Below, in pieces: positions 26,901-36,713 of a stretch of 60,000 nucleotides of DNA. Position 1 is the stretch's first letter, and every line of letters starts with the position of its first letter. The notes below the pieces were generated by a model. That model ran no database searches. It saw nothing but the letters and a program-made list of their open reading frames with translations, and was not told the DNA's origin. Source of the stretch: Malacoraja senta (taxonomy: Eukaryota); NCBI GenBank assembly GCA_038087875.1, contig CM075992.1, positions 7,256,001 to 7,316,000 of the forward strand. The letters run 5' to 3'. Position numbers and translations under genes: made by a program.

Positions 26901-28487
26901 GATTTTTCCCGCGTAGGCACGTTTTGCTGCCCTGATTTCTTTTTCCAGTGCAGTCCTGCTAGATCGAAGAGCGGATGTGTTACCGGCTCTGTAAGCTTCA
27001 TCACGAGCCCTCAGCAGTGAGCGTACCTCTGCTGTCATCCATGGCTTTTTGTTTCCACGTGCAGTGAAGGTTTTCATGATGGTGACATCCTCGGTGCACT
27101 TGGCAATGTAGCTGGTTACAGTCTCTGCGTACTCCTCGATGTTGATGAGGTCGTCATAGAATGCCGCTGTCCTGAACACATCCCAGTCAGTGTGCAGGAA
27201 GCAATCCTGCAGTGCTGAGGCTGCTCCCTCTGGCCAGACCCTGGTGTGTTTTCTCTCCGCTCTGACTTGTTTCTGCCGAGGTCTGTAGGCTGCTGTTAAA
27301 AACACTGAAATGTGGTCCGAGTGGCCCAGGTGAGGGCGTGGGGCTGCCTTGTAAGCCTCTGGGTGTTGGTGTAAACCAAGTCCAAGATGTTCTCTCCCCT
27401 GGTCTCAAAATCCACATAATGCTTGAATTTTGGGAGCACCGTCTTAAGGCTGGTGTGATTAAAATCCCCGGCCACCACAATGAAGCTATCAGGATGTTTG
27501 GTCTGGAACTCACTGATGGCGTCATGCAGAGCTCCCAGTGCTTCGTTGGCCTTAGAATTTACATTAGCACTTGGAGCAGATAGAAAGGCCGACATTTCAC
27601 AATGAGGAATTTTATCAGCCGAGAGCAGTGTTTCCCGGCTATCGTAGCGTTCACACACCAGTCCTTGTTCATGTACAAGCACAGGCCTCCACCTCGGCTC
27701 TTACCAGAGCCAGCTGCCTCTCTGTCCGCACGGAACGATGTCATTCCCTCCAGCTGTATTGCTGTGTCTGGGACATTACCGTGGAGCCATGATTCCGTGA
27801 AAACAAATACACAGCAGTCTCTAATGTCCCTGTATGTTGTTATGAGAAGACGCAGTTCGTCAGGTTTGTTGTCCAGGGAGCGGACATTAGAGAGGAGAAG
27901 AGAGGGCACTGCAGGTCGGGTGGGGTTAGATGTTAGCCTGGCGCAGATGCCTGCTCTTTTCCCCGTCTCCGCCTCGTGTAAGATCCTGCTCTTTTACCTC
28001 GTTTCTGCCTCCTCTCGCACCGCTTGCGTCTCCTCCTCCTCTCTCTCCTCTCTCTCCTCTCCCGCCTCAACTCTCCGTTCGTATACCTTTCTGTGGCCGT
28101 TATGTTTGACTCCGCAGCCGGTAGTAGTAGTCCATAACGGCGTATTTTGTCTAAGTCGCACCAAAACGCGCCCGTACTGCTGCTGTGGTTAGCCCCGATG
28201 TTTAGGAGCATGTTCCTACTTTCTGTGGCCGTTATGTTTGACTTTGAATTTGACTTTGCAGCCGTTGACTTTGCAGCCGTTGACTTTGCAGCCGTTGGTA
28301 GTATATTTCCTAAATCGCACCAAAACGCGCCCGTCCTACTGCTGTGGTTAGCCCCGATGTTTAGGAGCATGTTCCTACTGTACATATATCTTGGACAGAC
28401 TGGACAAGACACACAAAACTCATTTTTTAACGCTCCGACTATCTCCCGAGGGGCCGCTGTGACTATGCGCGCCGCCATCTTGGATTC
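23941..28487 (-). mobile_element. Near full-length Rex1/Babar-type non-LTR retrotransposon, antisense within a lectin intron
   Basis: APE endonuclease ([19 protein letters not shown]); RT ([36 protein letters not shown]); C-terminal [11 protein letters not shown]. 5' AAGATGGCG start and 3' AATAAA + (ATTGA)n tail. Confidence 0.92.
25400..26439. mobile_element. 1040-bp non-autonomous DNA transposon (MITE) inserted in the Rex1 RT
   Basis: 16-bp TIRs TAGGTATGTTACAAAA / TTTTGTAACATTGCTA (14/16); TSD ATTATAG at 25393-25399 and 26440-26446. Removing it restores [13 protein letters not shown]. Confidence 0.9.
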
Positions 28488-28951
28488 ATATATCATGTGG
28501 AGACTGAGCTCTGTCACGCAGTTGTTAGATATGAACCTTGCTGCTCTGTTTTGCTGGTATTCAAAGCACCAGGCTGAGCAACAAGGCACAGGAGGTAGCC
28601 CCAGTAGCAGGGGTTTGATGTGGGAGGGTCTTGTTGTGTGTGTGGTTCTTGGAGACCGTTTGTGGGCCGTGTTCTACGAGTTAACCTCCAAATGCAGAAA
28701 GAGCTTTCCGTACACGAGCACCGCCATAAAAGACATCGTCAAAGTCCTGCTTGATATTTAGGACATCAGCTTTGTAACCAGGACATGTAAACATGGAAAA
28801 TGCAAAACACATATCCCTCTCACCCTATATCTGCATAGACGAGCGTTATAGAGCAGGATAAATATTACACGGGGTTGTATATACAAGTAATACAGTACTG
28901 TCATCAGCTATTGTTCGCACATGTACTGACATCATTTTGTTTACATGACAG

Positions 28952-29061
28952 AGATTTTTGAAGAGAAAAAATAATGTCCGTCGGTGGATTGGCCTGAGCG
29001 ATTCGGCCTCTCAAGATGACTGGCGCTGGGTAGATGGAACTGATTATAATTCCATTGTAAA
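28952..29061 (+). CDS. C-type lectin gene B, CTLD exon 2
   Basis: RFLKRKNNVRRWIGLSDSASQDDWRWVDGTDYNSIV(K) with WIGL motif; phase 0-2; GTGAGT donor. Confidence 0.95.
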
Positions 29062-30357
29062 GTGAGTTGCTTTCCGGTCGCACGTTCTGTTCAGTATCTG
29101 TGGTGTTGAATGTTGAAGAGAAAACACAATACTGTATGTCAATACCTTGGAATCCACCTGGTGGCCTACAACCCAATGGCATGAACAATGAATTTCTAAT
29201 TTCAGGTGACCCTTAGGATTGCGAAGGAAAATCTCTCTGGTTGCAAAATCCTCCATTAGAATTGGACCTCTTCCAGCTCATCCTTTTGTGCTGATCTTTA
29301 GTCAGAGGATGGTGAATTTAGGGAATTATTTGCCTCTTCTTATTCTTCTTAGGAAAATGTAAAACTTCATCTTCCACTGTGTAGACTTTCAGTTGAGACA
29401 CCGATCCACCCATGCCATGCATGTATCTCCTTAAAATTCATTCGCCTCATCCTGTTGTGCTGATCTTTAGTCTAGGGAATTGTTTGCCACAGAAGGCTGT
29501 GGAGGCCAAGTCAATGGACATTTTAAGGCACAGATTGATAGATTCTTGATTAGTACAGGTGTCAGAGGTCAATGGGAGAAGGGAGGAGAATTGGGCAAGG
29601 AGGGAGAGATAGATCAGCCATGATTGAATGCCAGAGTAGACTTGATGAGCCAAATGTCCAATTTCTAGTCATATTACTGATAACCTTGTGATCAAAGGCA
29701 ATGAAGGACAATCTCTCAATTTCCGGGAGCTAATCCATCCACAATAATCTCAGGGAGCACGACTCCAGACAGGATAAAATAGACGTCTTGGGGCGGCAGT
29801 CCATTGATTATTCATCATCGTTAATTTCCCCACCAGTTATGCACTGTGGCACCACCCACACAACAAACCACATTGACCTCCAAGGCGTATGACAATAGCT
29901 ACACCCAAAGCCTCATCCTCTTTCGCCAGAATATGGATAGAAAGAGGAAAGTATCGCCACTAATTCCCTTACTCCCTTATCACGTATCTACACACTGTAA
30001 ATGGCTCGATTGTAATAATGTATTCTAATTCTGATGACTGCAAAGCACGCAGCAAAAGCTTTTCACTGTACCTCGGTACACGTGACAATAAACGAAATTG
30101 AAACTGAAACAACAGGTTTGAGATCAACATGCCCTCCATCCTGTCTTGGAAATTCAATGCTGTTTCTTTATGGCCATTGAATCGAAATGCTGAAATAGAC
30201 GACGAAACACCTTTGTGGGAATACCTTCAGCAGACGGAATTCATAATAGCATCTAAACATTTGATAAGAAATACAGGTCATGCTAGGGGCACTACAGGCT
30301 GTTAAGAAGTAGGAATCCTTGTAACATTTATATTTTCCATGTTCTATTTTATTATAG

Positions 30358-30489
30358 GTTTTGGAATGAGGGAGAACCCAATAATGCGAACAAGAATGAA
30401 CACTGCGGGGAAATTTTCATGATGGAAGTTGGAATGATCAACCGTGTGAAAATAATCAGAAGTGGATCTGTGAGAAACCAGCTCAGTGA
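30358..30489 (+). CDS. C-type lectin gene B, CTLD exon 3 (EPN, WND) with a 1-nt frameshift
   Basis: FWNEGEPNNANKNEHCGEI, then one base short in the T4 run at 30414-30417, then HDGSWNDQPCENNQKWICEKPAQ* (TGA at 30487-30489). Confidence 0.9.
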
Positions 30490-33227
30490 TGTGCTCCTTA
30501 ATTCGAAGTTCGTGCAAAATGTGCAATGAACCGGCTTGGCATGTTGAACATGTCGCAGGAATGTGATAGCAGTGTAGGAGGCCATTCGAATTACGTGGTC
30601 TTTGCTGACATTTTGCAAAATGCTTTCGAACCTTTTCGCACCTTTTCTCCAGTAGCGCTACCCAATATTTGGCATCGTGTTCTGAGCAGATGCCATTTCC
30701 AAATCCTTGAGTTGTCTGTTTCAGACAATCCCGCAGCACAATTTTCGATCAACACCACTAGCAGTGAAAAGAGGGCTTTCTCCACCCCCCCCCCCCCCAC
30801 ACACACACACACACACACACGCACACCCCTATCAACCGCAAATCCTATGTGTATCACTTTGAATTAATCCCTGCTGATTCTTGGAGCATGCTGTAATGGA
30901 CTAACTTCACTATCTTAGCTCAATCAAATCCACCAGAACCCCATGTATCTCATGGAATGCTCTACTATGTGACTCCCAAACTACTATCCGGTATATATTC
31001 AGAGTTCGAAAGTCTCAACCCCGGAGGCAGTCTAATTCACTACCATCCCACTCTGGCCGTCCGACAAGATGGTTCATTACAGTCCCTTGGACCTCCAGTG
31101 CAACTACTCACAGGTTATGCCTCGTCCTTTAAAATGCTCGAATGATTTTGGTTGTGCAAACCTAACAACTATAAACGTGCCTTGTTTCGTAGCTGTAACT
31201 GAACCTGTGTAGGTAAGCTGATTTATTTTCTATTCCCTGGCATGGAATGGATTTGAAAACATTATTCTTATAATACTTCCACAGGAACTTCATCTCTTTA
31301 GACAGTCCTCTCTACCTAACCTCATCTTTCTCCGCCCCACACACACTTCCCAATTCCTCCCGGTCTCAGGGGCAATTTAATAAACTGTTTTGTAACTGTA
31401 GGATTGTTCTTTGGATCTGAAAGTTTATAAACCACTGGAACGTGTTTATCTCTTTATTTTACACCGTTAAATAAATCCCACATCTGTGATCTTCAATAAC
31501 GCAATGTGTGGGATTAATTCTGCGGGTCGGACAGTGTGTGTGCGTGTGCGTGTGCGTGTGCGTGTGCGTGTGCGTGTGCGTGTGCGCGCGTGTGTGTGGA
31601 GGTAGGTGGCGTTTCGCTCCTGACCCTGGTATGGGAGATGAAGGAGTACATACAGGTCGTTGTTGGAATGGGAAGGACAATTGAAATGTCATCCAACACG
31701 GAGCTCGGCATGTGAGTGTAGAGGGATCAGAGGGGTCGTGACGTCACGGGCGGAATGGTCCCTGACGGAAGCGGAAATGTAGGGGGTTGGGAAGATGATG
31801 CTAGAGGTGGAATGTCATTGTAAATGGCAAATATGGCGACGATGCAGGAGCATGGCCCTTCCCTCTATTCATATCCACACCTCCCAGAGCAGCAGGAATC
31901 CCTCGAGAATACATCGCTCTTCCCGTTAGGTTTCTTGACAGACTAAATGAACATTTACTGCTATAATGACATCAAACCTCAAGCAGGTAGTACTGGGTTA
32001 ATAACCGGGCAGGAGTAAAGCTATCGTCTCCCCACCATCATTTAATTACATCATTCTTATATTGCCGTGTGAATGAATGGAGGCGATAGGTCTCCTGATT
32101 AAATTAAACTTACTTTCTATACGCCATGACATCTCAGTCTGAAATTCCGCTTATTTACTCAAAGTTGTCTGTAAAGGGGAGCAACGAGTTGCCGGGTGGA
32201 TTAGTTGAGGCAGGTAAAATAATAATATTTAAAAGACATTTGCAGGAGGGGATAGACCGTCAGCCCAGAGACATTAGGTTAGACGAACTAGGTACCAATG
32301 ACTGACTATGGGAGTGTGCAGGGGTCACCTGAAATGAACGGAATTGGGAGTCTGCCGGGTACCACCCGCTGCGTGTAGACCTTGGGGACTCCCCAAGTGG
32401 CCAAAAAATGGTGCTAAATAGATGAGTAAGGTACCACTTAAATCTACCACCATGGTGTGCTCACTGTCACGCCTATATCAACAACACAAACGGCAGACGT
32501 TTTTCGCGCTGCAAAAAGTTTCGCCAGACCCCCACAAAACAGCCTAAAAAATTGCTAGCATAGACAAGCAAGGTGCCACTCAAAAATAATGCCAAATGAA
32601 CAACTTGAGTTCATAAGAGTACAAAATGGCTTACGCCAGACAAATAGTCCGCTGCAATACAGGTACCAGACACCCCAAAATGGACACCTGCTGTCCAACT
32701 AGGCTAGCCTAGATATAGTGGGTACCAGCTAAAACCAAGTTTAAATGATCTATCACACCTTGGGGGATATAAAATGACCTATGACATCACAATTATCCGC
32801 TGCCTTGGGTCTACCAGACCCTCTAAATGGGTCCTAGGGCCCATCTAGGGTAGCTTAGCTATTAAAGCTATCAGCTAAAACCAGGTTTAGATGATCAATC
32901 ACAGCCTAGCAAATACAAAATCACCCATGCCAGAATAATAATCCATTGCCTTGGTTATACCAGACTCGCCAAATAGTCCCTTAATTCCTCAACTGGTGGT
33001 GGGGGGTGGGGGGGGGGTGAGTTGAGGGTCTGATAGGCACAAGGCATTCCCCAAGGCGTGGTTGATCATTTAAAGCAAACATTTAGCACGATGGCAAACA
33101 TGTGGTCCAAAATTGACACTTTGGTCCCAAGCTCATTTGTATTAAGCCCAGTGTATTTTTAATGTTTATAATTAATGTACTTGTGTAAGGAATGATTCAT
33201 TAAAGAATAACAGACTCAAATGCCGTT

Positions 33228-33728
33228 GTGATAGGGGATAGTATTATTCGGGGGGTAGATAAGGTTCTCTGCGGCCAGCAGAACATGTCCCGAAGGCTGT
33301 GTTGCCTACCCGGTGCTAGGGTTAAGGATATCTCTGCGATGCTGGAGAGAAATTTGCAGAGGGAAGGGGAGGATCCAGTGGTCGTGGTCCATGTGGGGAC
33401 CAATGACATAGGAAGGACGAGGAAGGAGGATCTGCTGAAGGAGTTTGAGCAGTTAGGGAATAAATTAAAAAGCAGAACCTCGAGGGTACTGATCTCCGGA
33501 TTGCTACCTGAGCCACGGGCCAAATCGGCGAGAGTACGTAAAATTAAAAAGCTGAATGCGTGGCTCAAAGACTGGTGTGGGAAAAATGGGTTTGGTTTCT
33601 TGGGCCACTGGCACCAGTACTGGGACAGGGGGGATCTGTTCTGTAAGGACGGACTTCACCTGAACGGTGCTGGGACTGGGGTCCTGGCAAATCATATAAC
33701 TAGGGCAGTAGAGAGGTCTTTAAACTAA
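33228..33728 (+). CDS. CR1 ORF1 C-terminal SGNH/GDSL esterase domain (partial)
   Basis: GDSIIRG, CLPGA, HVGTND and DGLHLN blocks all intact. Confidence 0.9.
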   Translation: MIGDSIIRGVDKVLCGQQNMSRRLCCLPGARVKDISAMLERNLQREGEDPVVVVHVGTNDIGRTRKEDLLKEFEQLGNKLKSRTSRVLISGLLPEPRAKSARVRKIKKLNAWLKDWCGKNGFGFLGHWHQYWDRGDLFCKDGLHLNGAGTGVLANHITRAVERSLN

Positions 33729-33752
33729 GTAGCGGGGGGGGAGATATCAAGG

Positions 33753-36713
33753 GTGGTAATAACGGCAGGGGTAGAGGAAATAGAGCAGGGTATCAGTGGG
33801 GAAACGGAAAATCAAAATGTGACAGGAGGATCCAGAATGTGTGAAGATAAAGCTCTAGATGTAAAAGAGGCAAAAACAGAAAGGAAGGGTAGTAAAAATC
33901 ATCTGAAAGTGCTGTATCTAAATGCACGGAGTATTCGAAATAAGATAAATGAATTAACGGTGCAATTAAGTATATATAGTTATGATATCGTGGCCATTAC
34001 GGAGACATGGCTGCAAGGGGATCAGGACTGGGAGTTAAATATAGAGGGGTACTCGACAATTAGAAAAGATAGACAGGAAAGAAAGGGAGGAGGGGTGGCC
34101 CTTTTAATAAGGGAGGGAATAACGGCAATAGAGAGGAAGGATATTGCGTTGAAGGATCAGGATAGTGAAACAGCTTGGGTACAGATAGAGAATAACAAGG
34201 GGAAAAAAATACTAGTGGGTGTAATTTATAGACCTCCAAATAGCTGTGACGCTGTTAGTCAGAACATAAATCTGCAAATAGTTGACGCATGTAAAAAGGG
34301 AACTGCTGTAATCATGGGGGACTTCAATTTTCATATTAATTGGGCAAACCAAACTGGACAGGGTAGACTAGAGGAAGAGTTTATAGAATGTATTAGAGAC
34401 GGGTTCCTAGAACAGTATGTCACAGAACCGACAAGGGGGGAGGCAATCTTGGATCTGGTCCTGTGTAATGAAGCAGGATTAATTAAAAATGTCATAGTTA
34501 GGGACTCGTTGGGAACAAGTGACCACAATATGGTCGAATTCCATATTCAAATAGAAGGGGAGCAGGTTGAAACTCAGGCTAGGGTACTTAGTCTAAATAA
34601 GGGGGATTATGAAGGTATGAGGACTGAGCTGATCAAAGTTGACTGGGATAGCAGACTCAAGAATAAGACGGTACATGAGCAGTGGTGTACGTTTAAGGAT
34701 CTACTGTATAACCTTCAAGAAAAATTTATTCCTATGAAGAAAAAAAGGGGTAAGGGTAAGAACAGTCAGCCATGGCTCAGTAAAAATATAAAGGATAGTA
34801 TTCGGCTGAAGGCAAGGGCATATAAGGTAGCCAGAGATAGTGGGAGGGTAGAGGATTGGGAAGCATTTAAAGGTCAGCAAAAAATAACTAAGAGATTAAT
34901 TAAGACGGGGAAAATAGACTATGAAAGGAATTTAGCGAACAACATAAAAACTAATAGTAAGAGTTTTTATAGCTATATAAAAAGAAAAAGGGTGGCTAAG
35001 GTGAATGTTGGTCCATTGGAGGGTGAGACTGGAGAGTTGTTGGTGGGGAACATGGAAATGGCAAAGGCATTAAACGAGTATTTTGTATCAGTCTTCACCA
35101 TAGAAGACACAAAAAATATTCCAACGCTGGATAAACAGGGGGCGGTAGGAATGGAAGAGCTAAATAATATTAAGATCACCAAGGAGGTGGTATTAGGGAA
35201 ATTAATGAGACTAAAGGAGGATAAATCCCCTGGGCCTGATGGATTACATCCAAGGGTCTTGAGGGAGATAGCGGTGGGGATTGTGGATGCATTGGTGATA
35301 ATTTTCCAAAACTCCCTGGAGGCAGGAACGGTCCCAGTGGATTGGAAAATGGCCAATGTAACACCTATATTTAAAAAAGGAAGTAAACAGAAGGCGGGTA
35401 ACTATAGACCGGTTAGTCTAACATCGGTGGTGGGTAAAATGTTAGAGACAATTATTAAAGAAACACTAACGGGGCACTTGGATGGACATGACTTCATCGG
35501 ACAGAACCAGCATGGTTTTGTGAAGGGGAAGTCCTGTTTAACGAATCTGCTCGAATTCTTTGAGGAAGTAACAACCCGGGTGGATAAAGGGGAACCGGTG
35601 GATGTGGTATACTTGGACTTCCAAAAGGCTTTTGACAAGGTGCCACATAAGAGACTATTGCTAAAAATAAAAAATTATGGGATTGGGGGTAATATATTAG
35701 CATGGGTAGAGGATTGGCTAACAAATAGGAAGCAGAGAGTGGGGATAAATGGTTCATATTCGGGATGGCAACCGGTAACTAGCGGGGTTCCGCAAGGGTC
35801 GGTGCTGGGACCCCAGTTGTTTACAATTTATATAAATGATTTGGAGGAGGGAACCAAGTGTAATATATCAAAATTTGCGGACGATACAAAAATGGGAAGA
35901 AAAGTAGGGGATGAGGAGGATAGGAAGAGTCTGCAAAAGGATATAGATAAGCTAGGTGAGTGGGCAACAACTTGGCAGATGAAATTTAATACTAATAAAT
36001 GTGAAGTCATTCACTTTGGGAAAAAAAATGATAGGGCAAGTTATTTTTTAAATGAGGAGGAGCTGCGTTGTAATGCAACGCAAAGGGATCTAGGGGTAGT
36101 AGTACATGAATCACTAAAAGTTAGTATGCAGGTGCAGCAAGCTATCAGGAAGGCCAATGGAGTTTTGGCCTTTATTGCTAGGGGGATTGAGTATAAAAAC
36201 ACGGAGGTCTTGCTGCAGCTGTACACAGTATTAGTGAGACCACATTTGGAATACTGTGTACAGTTCTGGGGTCCATACTTAAGGAAGGATGTACTGGCCC
36301 TGGAGGCAGTGCAGCGAAGGTTTACAAGATTAATTCCTGCAATGAGGGGATTGACATATGAGGAAAGGTTAAGTAGGCTGGAACTCTACTCTTTGGAGTT
36401 TAGAAGAATGAGAGGCGATCTCATTGAAACATATAAGATCGTGAGGGGCCTTGATCGGGTGGATGCACCGAGGATGTTCCCAATGATCGGGGAAACTAGA
36501 ACTAGGGGACATAGTTGCAGAATAAGGGGGGGCTCTTTTAAAACTGAGATGAGGAAGAACTTCTTCACCCAGAGGGTGGTTAATTTATGGAATTCACTGC
36601 CCCAGGGAGCAGTGGAAGCAGAAACATTAAATATATTTAAGTCTAAAATAGATGTTTTTTTAGCTGCCAAGGGGATAAGGGGCTACGGGGAGAGGGCAGG
36701 GATATGGACCTAG
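33753..36713 (+). CDS. CR1 ORF2: APE endonuclease + reverse transcriptase, uninterrupted (986 codons; first in-frame ATG at 33837)
   Basis: YLNARS, ITETW, GDFN, SDH; GVPQGSVLGP, FADD; C-terminal LVRPHLEYC and FFTQRVVNLWNSLP. Confidence 0.97.
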   Translation: MVITAGVEEIEQGISGETENQNVTGGSRMCEDKALDVKEAKTERKGSKNHLKVLYLNARSIRNKINELTVQLSIYSYDIVAITETWLQGDQDWELNIEGYSTIRKDRQERKGGGVALLIREGITAIERKDIALKDQDSETAWVQIENNKGKKILVGVIYRPPNSCDAVSQNINLQIVDACKKGTAVIMGDFNFHINWANQTGQGRLEEEFIECIRDGFLEQYVTEPTRGEAILDLVLCNEAGLIKNVIVRDSLGTSDHNMVEFHIQIEGEQVETQARVLSLNKGDYEGMRTELIKVDWDSRLKNKTVHEQWCTFKDLLYNLQEKFIPMKKKRGKGKNSQPWLSKNIKDSIRLKARAYKVARDSGRVEDWEAFKGQQKITKRLIKTGKIDYERNLANNIKTNSKSFYSYIKRKRVAKVNVGPLEGETGELLVGNMEMAKALNEYFVSVFTIEDTKNIPTLDKQGAVGMEELNNIKITKEVVLGKLMRLKEDKSPGPDGLHPRVLREIAVGIVDALVIIFQNSLEAGTVPVDWKMANVTPIFKKGSKQKAGNYRPVSLTSVVGKMLETIIKETLTGHLDGHDFIGQNQHGFVKGKSCLTNLLEFFEEVTTRVDKGEPVDVVYLDFQKAFDKVPHKRLLLKIKNYGIGGNILAWVEDWLTNRKQRVGINGSYSGWQPVTSGVPQGSVLGPQLFTIYINDLEEGTKCNISKFADDTKMGRKVGDEEDRKSLQKDIDKLGEWATTWQMKFNTNKCEVIHFGKKNDRASYFLNEEELRCNATQRDLGVVVHESLKVSMQVQQAIRKANGVLAFIARGIEYKNTEVLLQLYTVLVRPHLEYCVQFWGPYLRKDVLALEAVQRRFTRLIPAMRGLTYEERLSRLELYSLEFRRMRGDLIETYKIVRGLDRVDAPRMFPMIGETRTRGHSCRIRGGSFKTEMRKNFFTQRVVNLWNSLPQGAVEAETLNIFKSKIDVFLAAKGIRGYGERAGIWT

